Source: Octopus sinensis (Eukaryota). From it: a stretch of 64,000 bases of DNA. This document shows, piece after piece, positions 53,420 to 64,000 of this stretch (its first letter is position 1; each line of letters begins with the position of its first letter). Both the position numbers and the translations under genes were made by a program. The stretch is taken from assembly GCF_006345805.1 (NCBI RefSeq), contig NC_043013.1, positions 53,816,001 to 53,880,000 of the forward strand, read 5' to 3'. The notes beneath the pieces are model-generated. The model was given only the letters and a program-made list of their open reading frames with translations, did not search any database and was not told where the DNA came from.

Positions 53420-53825
53420 TCATCCTCTCCTTCCCTTCCTCCTCCTCCTCGTCTTCTTCTTTTTCTTCCTCTTTTTCCTATTCTTCCTCTTTTCCTTTTG
53501 CCTCTTTTTCTTTCTTTTCTTTCTCTCCATTTTTTCTTTCTCTTCCTCTTAATTCTCTTTTTCGTTTTCTTCCCCTTCCTCTCCTTGCTCTTTCTCCTCC
53601 TCATCTACTTCCTTCCCTCCACTTTTTCCTCTTCCTCTGCTGCCTTCTCCTCTGTCTCCACTTTTCCTCCTCCTCCACCTCTTCCCCTTTTCCTTCTCCT
53701 CCTCCTCTTCTTCTTCTTTTCCTCCTCCTCCTCTTTTACCTCCTCTCCCTCCACCTCTTCCTCTTCTCCTTCTTCCTCCACCTCTGCCCCTTTCCCTCTT
53801 CTTTCTCTTCCCCTTTCTTCCTCTC
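53420..53825. repeat. about 400-bp polypyrimidine (CT-rich) low-complexity tract
   Basis: Directly visible; explains ORFs 53200-53604, 53411-53977 and 53549-53848. Confidence 0.95.
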
Positions 53826-54262
53826 ATAAGTCCCAAATTATGACACAACGATATTTTATGTCACCATGGGACCACACATTTGTAATGCCTGACCTGCATT
53901 ATCATATGTCCCCTCTCTCTTCACCCAAGAAGTTGAATATAAAAATCCCCTCAGCTGAAATTGATCTCAGACCGTAGAGGATCAAAACTGGCACCATGTA
54001 GTTATGCTTTATCAGAAATCAATTATTTTTTCCTGTAATTAAAAATATTTTATGTCCTATTATTAAAATTTTCTAAAATGTCTCAGCTGTAAACAACAAA
54101 AGTTGCAAAAATTATTTGGAAGAAATCAAGTAATTAAAGTACTTTACATTTTATCGTAACTAGCAGTATCGCCCGGTGTTGCTCGAGTTTGTTACGACCC
54201 TTTAGAATTAGAATTTTTGAAAAGTAAAAATTTTGCATTATGTAGCTTGTTATTCTCTTTAA

Positions 54263-55326
54263 CCCTTTCGATACCAAATTTTGGCTAATGTGACCAAACC
54301 GCCCAAACCCGCCCGAATTTACCTATTCATATTTAAATGAGAATATCAGAGCAAATCTCTTTAGTACATTCGTGAAAACACGTATTATATTTCGTAAACA
54401 GTTCAACTACAGTTTTGTACAACAATCGAAGTGTAATTTTAATTCTGTGAATTTTGGGAGATTTTTTTCCGAAATTTGTTCCTATTGTGTTTTCAAGATT
54501 TGTAATTCTGACAAAAAATGGATACGAATTTCATTATATCAAGCAGCGAGTCAGAATTCGAAGGATTTTCTACTGAAGACCTTCATAAATCTAACTCTAT
54601 GACTGAAAAAAAAAAGCATGTGGTATTTGATAATGAATCTGATGTTTCATTTTCCGAAAGTGAAAACAGTGAATCCGAGAGCTCCAACAGCGATAAAGAA
54701 AATGAATTGGCACCTGAATGGAGTGAAAATTTAAAAACTGTTTCTTTCGGTGATTTTTCTGAAGAAACTGTACTAAGCCACAGACTTTCCCAGAAGAGTA
54801 AAGCCTTAGACTATTTCTTTTTACTTTTTCGAATGAGCCTATTTGAAATCATTACGGCGGAAACGAACCGTTACGCTAAACGTAAACAAAGCGAAAGAAA
54901 GGATAGTTAGTGGTTTCCAACCAAACCTTAAATGAAATTAAGACGATTTTGCCATAAATATTATTATGGGTATCAGAAAGCTACCCAGAATAACAAATTC
55001 TATCGTAAAATTTTGTTGTATACCCAATTGAATATTAGCTAATAACCCATTTTCTATAGCGATGTTTGAACAAAACTTTAATAATTTTATATTTTGTTGA
55101 ATTTACCTGTATCTACCTGCAATTAGAGTCACTTTGTGACAAAAATTATAGTTTAGAATTGGTTGAGAACATTTCATTAAATTATCTTCCAAAATTCACG
55201 TTAATATATTGATAAATAAAAAAGTTATTGTTGTTTAATGAAACCAGACTAAATTTATGATTACGTTAGAAATTAATTGAAACACATAAGGGGTGTATTT
55301 TGGTCAGAAATATAGTAACGAAAGGG
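54263..55326 (+). mobile_element. internally deleted piggyBac element with TTAA target duplication
   Basis: TTAA(54259-62) CCCTTTCGATACCA ... TAGTAACGAAAGGG TTAA(55327-30); TIRs match at 12 of 14 positions. Confidence 0.9.
54518..54990 (+). pseudogene. N-terminal piggyBac (PGBD-like) transposase fragment
   Basis: Acidic Ser-rich N-terminus, then ALDYFFLLFRMSLFEIITAETNRYAKRK..*WFPT, resembling P.DYF.LFF...L...IV.ETNRYA..W..T; stop at 54910. Confidence 0.85.
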
Positions 55327-55619
55327 TTAAGTGAACATTTTCCTGGTTGAAATACACCGAAAAATGGCGACACAGCAGTCAAAAGATCGTAAAAAATAGG
55401 GAATTTCATAGAAAAAAAGCACCTTTTTGATGTGAATAATTTTTGGTGTTATCACGGTCCGATTTGAATTTTATCTTCTAAGAAAGGAAGAGCAAGCCTT
55501 CTTCTATCATACTCTCAATTTTGGTCAACTTGCGCCGCAGGGTCTCGGAGGAGATAGTGTTAGTTGAAGGCTACCAAACCTGCCATACACAGACAACTTC
55601 AGCTTTATTTATATATATA

Positions 55620-55667
<48 letters not shown>

Positions 55668-55792
55668 AAGTTTATTGCACAAAGAAAAACATTCCATTGT
55701 TTTATAAGAAGCAAGAAATCTGAAATGTTCATCACAAAGAAGTCATAGAGGCATTCACCGTTTTATAATGATGAGCTACAAGAATATTTGTT

Positions 55793-56030
55793 TTAAGGTC
55801 AGACCAAAATGTATCAGGACTGGCGCCATAAGGAGAGATCTGTTACACATATCAATTTGGTATTTTATCTCCTTTGAAGTAATTCCTTTCTGAAGCCACA
55901 CACTTTGTCCAGCATTGTTTCCACTGATGGACACATTCCTGGAACCACTTTTTTGGGGATAGCAAATTGCTACCTCATTGAATTCTCTTGGATTTCCACA
56001 AAGTCTTGAAATCTGATCGGAGTATTCCAC
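55793..56030 (-). pseudogene. mariner transposase C-terminal relic plus terminal inverted repeat
   Basis: Minus strand PKKWFQECVHQWKQCWTKCVASERNYFKGD, resembling F..W..RW.KCV...G.YFEGD; TIR-like TAAGGTCAGACCAAAATGTATCAGGACT at 55793. Confidence 0.75.
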
Positions 56031-56133
56031 TGTGAAGACTGAGTCCTTGTTTTGGTATTATATCCATAGACTCACAATTCATCACTTGGTATGAATGTTT
56101 CCAAAAATATTTTGTCTTTTTTGACATAATCAA

Positions 56134-56371
56134 GGAGTAAAGATTGTTTGCCAACATAACATGGCAGTCCTGGTTTAGGACGAATGTTGCTGTGATTTAT
56201 GCCCAGGAGACTAGGTATACAATATGATCTGTGTCCTTATATTATCAAAAATATAAGGACACAGATCATGTCATATAGCCAGCTGGACACGATGTCTCCT
56301 GGGGCTAAATTACAGGAACATTCGTCCTAAACCAGGACTGCCATGTTATGTTGGCAAACAATCTTTACTCC
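56134..56371. mobile_element. about 238-bp near-perfect palindromic MITE
   Basis: GGAGTAAAGATTGTTTGCCAACATAACATGGCAGTCCTGGTTTAGGACGAATGTT.. pairs with its reverse complement; inner hairpin ATGATCTGTGTCCTTATATT / AATATAAGGACACAGATCAT. Confidence 0.9.
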
Positions 56372-58554
56372 AAAGTACTGTTGCTGAATATCTCTTGCTG
56401 TGAGATTTAAAAATAGTAATTTTACTAATAATCAAGGAGATCCTTCACAGCTGAAACCTGATCTTCTCACTGAACAAATTTTATCTCTAAATGCTGCTTT
56501 AAACAACAGAAATGAGCAAGAACATTATAACTCAGTGTGCATGCAGGACAGATTTCAAGGTCAATCTATGCCAAGTGGCGTTACTCAGCATATGTTAGCT
56601 CTGTTGCCATAGCAACAGGTCCAATATTATTTGTTCAGACCCTGTATATTAACTCCAGATTTCTACATTTTCAACAATTTCATTGACAGTAATTTTGATG
56701 TTCTTAAAATCTCATAACAAAGAAATGCTAAACTAGAATTAACTGGTTTGAACCAGATTTGTTTTCAAGTTACTCATCATGATCTACTCATGGAGTTGAA
56801 ATTTTCAGAGTCTTTAGAATGTCAGATATATCACCTTACTATGTCCTCTCCTTGTTCTGAGTTCAAAATCCACCTAGATTGGCTTTTCCTTTTATCATTT
56901 TGTAATCAACAAACAAGGTACCAGTTCTGTACTGGAATCAGTTATTCTGTTTCCCTCACTTTTCATTTTGTCTTCCTTTCTTTCTAGAAGAAATCAGTTG
57001 TTGTCAGACCTAGAGAAGAATGGGCTCTGCCAAATCCAAAACTACCCAAAGACATAGTTTGTTATGATGGGGCACTTCCAACTTAATCAGGAAATGAGAG
57101 ACCAAAGTTAAGAACCCTTAGATTAAAGTCTTCAAGTTACTGAGTTGATAGTGTGTCAGGCTACAAACTAATGCACTCATGGTTCAAACCTCACTACCAG
57201 CACTACACTGTATTCATAGCCAACACACATGGACAGTCCATCTCACTGCAAATAAGAATAGTTTCGCAACTCCTCACTGTACAGTCATGAATGTCACTAC
57301 ATCTTCATCGTTAAAAACATTTTGTTTCTTGCTTCTTATAACGTTTATCTTCATGCAATAAACTGCCATATTTTGATAAAAAATTAACAACTCTAAGTAC
57401 TTGATGTCTTCCAAGTTATCTTTGCCGTCTGAAACATTTGCAGCAGGGTTTCTTTGTTTTCATTAAAAACTTTTCTATTAAAATAAAAATGTTATTTTTA
57501 AATAACAGGAAAAAAACACATTAATTGATTAGTGTCAGAGTCTACATGGTGCCAAGTGTGACTGTCATCAAAAAAGTTCGAAATAGAATCGTCAAAACTG
57601 CTGAGTACGCAATTACTGTTAAGACATTTACGGACAAAAAGAAATAATGATGAAGACGATGATGATGAAAAGGATGATGATGATGATGAGGATGATGAGG
57701 GAGAAGGAAGATAACAATGATGGTGATGATGATAAATGCAAAAAGATTTTTAAAATTAAGGTAAAAACAGCTGTTAAATGAAATAAAATACTCGAAATAA
57801 AAATTTGGTTATGAGGCGGTTATAATTGATTATCTGTTGGGTTGGGGTGGGTTGGGGGGTGTCGGGTGGCTGACTAAAAAGTTAGTTCAAGGTGGAGATT
57901 ATTCTTGCAGTTAAATGCATTAAGACTTTGGTTAAGTCTTTAATTACTTTCACTTCTTAAAAGGTTCCCTGGGAAATCTCTAAGGGCGGAAGCAGGGAGA
58001 CAAAACAAAATCACATCAAATTTATTAGTTAAGTATTTAATTATACTAGCTTTTCAACAAATATTTTATTATTTTTTTAAGTATTTTCTTTTATTGTTTC
58101 ATTTTTTATATCTATTTATTTGTATTTTTGGTTTTTGTTATTAGCAAGAAATTAAGAAAATATCTTAAAGAGGTTTGCTTGCTTCACTACACCATCCATG
58201 GTGGCCACTCAGATACATTAGCAAATACAGGTTTTAATTTTTAATTACTTATTTACATGTTCGTTTATTCACCTTTTCATTAAAACAACAACAGCAGTGT
58301 CAACATGAAACCGGAGAATAGAAGTTGGTTTTACTTGGTTGTTAAATGTGACTAACAAATATTTGAAATAGCTGATGGATGTTCCAGGTAAGATGTTGTG
58401 ACAGTAATGTTATTTTGGAACCTAAGTAAACCATTTCTGTACTTTACGCCTCTGCTGAGTCAATAAAATTGTAAGGATAAGTAATCTTGAGAAATTAATT
58501 TTATATGATTCTGTGCATTTTTTCTTTTGTTTTGTTTTGTTTTTGTTTTTGCAT

Positions 58555-58555
<1 letters not shown>

Positions 58556-58600
<45 letters not shown>

Positions 58601-58912
58601 TAATGAAATTATTGTATACAGTTCTCAGGTGTACCACAACTTGTCAAAAGTGCATATAAAGCATATGCAGTAATGTACAAATGCCTGGAAAGTGAAGAGT
58701 GTATGAGTCAGATCCATGCTTGTGTGTGTATGGAGGGGAGAAAATCAGGTGTAATGTTGACGAATCTCAGGAAGCGTGGAAGTTTTGAAGGGTGCAGTGC
58801 TCCAACAACTAACAACTGATGCTGGCAGTCTGTTCCATGCTTCAGCAACTCTTAGCGTGAAAAAATGTTTCCGAAAGTCATGGGAGCTGTGCTGTTTTCT
58901 GACTTTGTAAAC
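58556..58912 (-). mobile_element. CR1-clade LINE 3' end with (ATT)n tail
   Basis: Minus strand KVRKQHSSHDFRKHFFTLRVAEAWNRLPASVV..FKTS, resembling the CR1 motif R..FFS.RV...WN.LP..VV; then 3' UTR and (ATT)n. Confidence 0.85.
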
Positions 58913-59897
58913 ATATCATTATTTATAGTAATGAATTAAATTTTAAAAATAAAGCTAAACATCACAGTTTTCTTTTATTCTTTTAATGTATTCTGATATT
59001 TCAGCATAACAAAATTCCTTTCTCAAAGTTCTAATGCATGTAACAAATAAATCCAAATGACAAAATCTCCAATGGTCAGTATCGGTGAGCTGAAAAATGT
59101 CCAAACTTGACTGAAAGTAAAGAAACAAACTCCTAGGAATGTATACTCAACGTTTAAACATTGTTCCTCTACTGACCATCGATGAATTCCATATATTTTC
59201 CAATGATTGATTTCTAGTAACGGCACAAGGCCAGAAATTTGGTAGACCTGGTTAGCTGGAACCATCAACTCCAGTACTCAATTGGTACTTTATTTTATTA
59301 TTAGATCCCACCTACCCACTTATTCTGCAATGAGGAGAAGCTTAGTTGGTCTGTGCAGGATCTGAACACAGAACATTTTGAGTCTCACTGTGACAAGCAA
59401 ATTCTGCAGTGAAACTATAATCTCTCTGCTCTGCTATCAAGAAAAAACAGTTGGCTTTGCATGACCACCCCACACACATTTAGCTTACAGCCAATAGGGG
59501 CTACACCTTGAGTTAACAATAGCACTGTATGTCATGACAAAATACAATTGGATGATGCAGCAAAAATATTATAGATGGAAATATGTAACTTGTTTCTTCT
59601 GAATCAATTCACCAATGTTGTCACTACTAGAAATTAGGAACCATAATGAGGGAGACTCTACATCTGGGGTCAAAATCATTTGGCTTTATTGATTGGATTG
59701 AAACCTATACTGGATCTCACAGAGTGAATGAGGACAGTAATTCCCAAATAACTTCTGGTAATGTATGTATGTATAAATATATATATATATTCAATATTTA
59801 ATTTATATATGTATGTTTATATATATGTGTGTATGTGTGTATGTGTATGTGTATTTATATGTATATATATATATATATATATATCTCTTTCTCTTTT

Positions 59898-60302
59898 CTC
59901 TTTTACTTGTTTCAGTCATTTGACTGCGGCCATGCTGGAGCACCGCCTTTAGTCGAGCAAATCGACCCCAGAACTTATTCTTTGTAAGCCCAGTACTTAT
60001 TCTATCGGCCTCTTTTGCCGAACCGCTAAGTGACGGGGACGTAAACACACCAGCATCGGTTGTCAGGTAATGCTAGGGGGACAAACACAGACACACAAAC
60101 ACACACACACACATACACACATATATATATACATATATACGACAGGCTTCTTTCAGTTTCCGTCTACCAAATCCACTCACAAGGCATTGGTCGGCCCGGG
60201 GCTATAGCAGAAGACACTTGCCGAAGATGCCACGCAGTGGGACTGAACCCGGAACCATGTGGTTGGTTAGCAAGCTACTTACCACACAGCCACTCCTGCG
60301 CC
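59898..60302 (-). mobile_element. SINE family A, near consensus
   Basis: Reverse complement closely matches 23061-23463. Confidence 0.92.
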
Positions 60303-60946
60303 TATATATTATATATATATATATATGTATAAATATATAGGCATATTTGTTCAAATTAACATGGTTTATAATTTTCTTGACTACTTTTCAATTAAACTCT
60401 AAATTCTTAGTTTCTGCTTTAATTCTTCAGGGCACACCCCACCCAGATTTAGTTATGTACTGCATAACTAATCTCTATTTTATTTTTTTTTTTGCTGATT
60501 TTAGACTTTTTCCCCCTCAGTCTCCTTCATACGGCTGTTATTTATGTATCATTAGCTAAGTTTTAATTTTCAATCTATACATCCTATTTATTTATATATT
60601 TATTTGTTTATTTATTTATTCATAGTTTCTTTATATTTTCTCTATATTCTTTATTTTTTTTTTTTATATATCTTCAACTCACCAAAGCCATATTCATCCA
60701 AAACTAACATAGGTTATAATTTTCTTGACCACTTTTCAATTAAACTCAAAATTCTTTGTTTCTGATTTAACACTTTAGAGAACATCCAGCCCTTTGAAAA
60801 TGTCCCCTTGAATCATTGAATCATTTTTTCCCCTTTCTGCTGTCGCTGGTGAATATTGTCTGATAGTCAAATAAATTTTCACCCATGTGGTTGGTAAGCA
60901 AGCTACTTATCACACAGCCACTTCTGCACCTATAAACACATTTTAC

Positions 60947-61017
60947 CATCCTGGCAGGGAATCGAACCCGGGTCTCCCCCATGACAAGCGGGGATTCTTA
61001 CCACTATGCTATTAAGT
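60947..61017 (-). pseudogene. tRNA-Asp(GTC) pseudogene
   Basis: Minus strand TACTTAATAGCATAGTGGTAAG..CCCGCTTGTCATGGGGGAGACCCGGGTTCGATTCCCTGCCAGGATG, homologous to eukaryotic tRNA-Asp; acceptor stem unpaired, with mismatches in the anticodon and T stems. Confidence 0.75.
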
Positions 61018-61221
61018 AATAATAATAATCAATGGATGGAATTTGTAAATATTTTATTGTATTCCTGCATGGACTTTGGGTGGATCATAGTTCATATGTT
61101 GATTTCCTCAGGCAGATGGCAGTTGGTGTCACTAGGCTGGAGATGACATAATTAAGCAGGAGATTTGTATGCCTGCTCAAAAACTTTTCCTGTAAACGAA
61201 CTAAAAGGATATCGTTACTTA

Positions 61222-61223
<2 letters not shown>

Positions 61224-61252
<29 letters not shown>

Positions 61253-61386
61253 GTTTAACGTCCGTTTTCCATGCTAGCATGGGTTGGATAGTTAGACTGG
61301 GGATCTGGGAAGCCAGGAGGCTGCGCCAGGCTCCGGTCTGATCTGGCAGTGTTTCTACAGCTGGATGCTCTTCCTAACACCAACCA
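61224..61386 (-). mobile_element. 3' tail of an RTE-related LINE/SINE with (TGA)n end
   Basis: (TCA)n CGTTTAACGTCCGTTTTCCATGCTAGCATGGGTTGGA..CTACAGCTGGATGCTCTTCCTAACACCAACC. Confidence 0.65.
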
Positions 61387-61799
61387 TATATATGTATATA
61401 TACGTGTGTGTGTGTGTATATATATATATATATTTGATGGCTGCCTCCTCGTTATCGAGTATGTCCATTGCACGAAGCTTAACTGTTACTGGTGCTGTGA
61501 TCGAATGTGATTTTTTAGCCCAGCTAAAGATCTACAATGTCTTGTACAGAATTGGCAGCTAAAACCTTTACCGGTAATAACCGGCTGTAGTTGTAACTGG
61601 GCTTCATGTACCTTTGCATGTCATTTAAGTCCTCTTACCGAATTACACTCTATTCCACATGCCTGACGGATATGATTAGTATGGTATGTAACACCACTAC
61701 CGGTGGCCAGGTTGTCACTCATCTGTCTCACTTTATGACTATATATATATACACACATATATATACATATATATCAATATAAATATACATTTATGCATG

Positions 61800-61831
<32 letters not shown>

Positions 61832-61832
61832 C

Positions 61833-61886
<54 letters not shown>

Positions 61887-61894
61887 TATATATA

Positions 61895-62206
61895 TCACTG
61901 TGATCACCATGACCGACTAGGCCATTAGATGCTGCTACACATCGCTGGTCACAATGCGCTTCACATTGTTTTGGCCTTCAAATGACGCCACCCTACTGGC
62001 TAAGCAAGTAGGTCAACAGAGGAAAGAGTGAGAGAAAGTTGTGGCAAAAGGGTACAGCATGGATCAGCGCCACACCCTGTCAGAGCCTCGTGGAGCGTTT
62101 AGGTGTGTTTGCTCAATAAACACTCACAACGCCCGGTCTGGGAATCGAAACCGCGATCCTACGACCGCGAGTCCGCTGCCCTAACCACTGGGCCATTGCG
62201 CCTCCA
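61895..62206 (-). mobile_element. tRNA-derived SINE family D
   Basis: Minus-strand head GGAGGCGCAATGGCCCAGTGGTTAGGGCAGCGGACTC..GTTTCGATTCCCAGACC with A and B boxes, followed by about 240 nt of non-tRNA body. Confidence 0.85.
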
Positions 62207-62411
62207 TATATATATACATATGTATGTATATACATATTTGCATATATATATATATAATATATACACATATATATACACATATATATATATGCACACATAT
62301 GCATATATACGTCTGTGTGCGTGCGCGCATCTGTTTTCCTGTTCAGCTATAATAAGAAATGATTTCGAATTGATCTGAAGGATTATCCCATGATTTTGAA
62401 GAGAAAAAATG

Positions 62412-62553
62412 TATTACTCTCTAACAAGAACAAAATTGACAGTGACTTTGAAGTGTCCGGCATGTGAGCCATCATCTGACAGTCCGATGATGGCCTCGCC
62501 TGGCTGGAACTTCAGAATTACTGTCAAAATACTGTTCTTGTTAGAGAATAATA
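62412..62553 (+). mobile_element. small fold-back element with a hammerhead relic (62477-62526)
   Basis: TGACAGT CCGATGA t GGCC-tcgcct-GGCT GGAAC ttcagaa TT ACTGTCA (7-bp stem I); arm 62412-62443 is the inverted copy of 62520-62553. Confidence 0.65.
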
Positions 62554-62620
62554 TACAGGCATAGAAAGACCGAGCCCAAGATGTACATTTATGGACATGT
62601 GTGTGTGTGTGTGTGTGTGG

Positions 62621-62661
<41 letters not shown>

Positions 62662-62786
62662 TAATATATATATTATATATATTATTTATTATATATATAT
62701 ATATAAACGATGATGATGATGATGATGATGATATATATAATATATATAATATATACATATAAATATATACATATATATATATATAC

Positions 62787-62824
<38 letters not shown>

Positions 62825-63126
62825 TACATATAAATATATATAATATATATATATATATATATAATATATATAATATATATATATATATACATATAATATA
62901 TATATATATGTATGTATGTATATATATAATATATATACTTAGGGAGAGAGAGAGGAAATGTACAATTTATACATATACACATTCTTATGCATATATATAT
63001 TATACACATATACCCATATATGTGTACACATATATGTATATATATATACATACACACACACACAAACATACATACATGCATACATACATACCTACACATA
63101 TACATACATACATACAAATGCTTATA

Positions 63127-63170
<44 letters not shown>

Positions 63171-63434
63171 TAACCTTCTGTTAGCTACTTTGCATGCTCA
63201 CTAACGAAGCAAACCATAAATAGCAGCAAGCACTAACCAGATGAAGTATTTTGGGAACCAATGAAGAACATGAATGCTATAAATTGGTCACTTGGCAAAC
63301 TAGCATCGACGTCACACTGGAAGATATCAGGCGCCCATCAAGGGTTAGTACGATGTGAAATGATCTGAGAAATGTTTTGAAATTGCATTCTTAAAGTAAT
63401 AAATTCTCCAAGCATGCACAAACTGATTTTGAAT

Positions 63435-63471
<37 letters not shown>

Positions 63472-63899
63472 ATATATATATGTGTGTATATATCTACATA
63501 TATGCATACTCTCTCTCTTTTAATCTTTTACTTGTTTCACTGCCTCTTGGGTTGGTATCAAAAGGGTTAAACCTCTGCAACTTTTACATCCAATTTTTTT
63601 CTCCACAAATTCATACCTTCATAGCAATTAAAATGGAAAACTTTATTATTTTTGCCGATTTTCAGATTTTTACTGTCTTTTAAAAAAGGTATATTTTGTG
63701 AAATGAAAAAACTAGATCTTATATTTTGTTTACTTATAAATTGCAATTTTGGAAAATAAAATTTTCTTTTTTACAGCCGCAATTTCTGTTTTTATTTACC
63801 TGAAATTATAGTAAAAACAAATTTTAACATTTGGCTGTTATTTTTAGCACGTGGAGAGACCTTCTTTGGCTTAACTTCATATGCTGGTTGAAAATCATC

Positions 63900-63995
63900 T
63901 AAAAAACATTCTGGAGTCGGTACATTCGACTAAAAATTCCTCAAGGTGATGCCCCAGCATGGCCACAGTCCAATGACTGAAACAAGTAAAAAGAT
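63900..63995 (+). mobile_element. SINE family A 3' fragment
   Basis: GATGCCCCAGCATGGCCACAGTCCAATGACTGAAACAAGTAAAAG. Confidence 0.75.
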
Positions 63996-64000
63996 TTTTG

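Larger units (their letters stand above)
54160..55610 (-). mobile_element. non-autonomous Helitron-like element interrupted by a piggyBac
   Basis: The minus-strand 3' end reads CTCGAGCAACACCGGG (hairpin) cgatactg CTAG|T; the other end is ACAGACAACTTCAGCTTTA(TA)n; the halves rejoin as ..TTCTCTT TAA GTGAAC.. when the piggyBac is removed. Confidence 0.55.

Noticed and set aside
61895-62206. tRNA genes suggested by A/B boxes in SINE heads (also 23061, 34768, 43487)
   Set aside because: No closing acceptor stem or terminator, and they continue into shared multi-copy SINE bodies.

Overview
Eukaryotic, repeat-saturated genomic DNA. The tRNA-derived SINE families and dense (TA)n/(CA)n/(TACA)n/(GATA)n microsatellites point to a coleoid cephalopod, most likely Octopus (inference). 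Only one intact protein-coding region is supported: a single-exon CDS at 40402-42753 (+) for a 783-aa type I membrane protein with signal peptide, LRRNT, about 18 LRRs, LRRCT, Ser/Thr stalk, TM helix and a 17-aa tail. Nearly all other ORFs in the track are microsatellite artefacts or transposon relics (mariner x2, pogo/Tigger, piggyBac nested in a Helitron-like element, RTE x2, CR1, an RLE-type LINE, Penelope-like elements). The most unusual signal is a set of type I hammerhead-ribozyme motifs or relics (8.6, 15.0, 17.7, 20.6/20.8, 22.2, 23.0, 32.3/32.6, 35.3, 62.5 kb). Four of them sit inside MITE-looking fold-back elements whose upstream arm is an inverted copy of the sequence 3' of the ribozyme cleavage site. 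Other notable items are a 1.9-kb island of about 18% GC that is CpG-enriched (a hypermutated Penelope-like element?), a decayed 30-bp/10-codon repeat downstream of the LRR gene, a 17-bp GATAAG minisatellite with a 121-bp higher-order period, and a sharp drop in CpG content near 55.7-61 kb. All counts and alignments were done by eye and are approximate.
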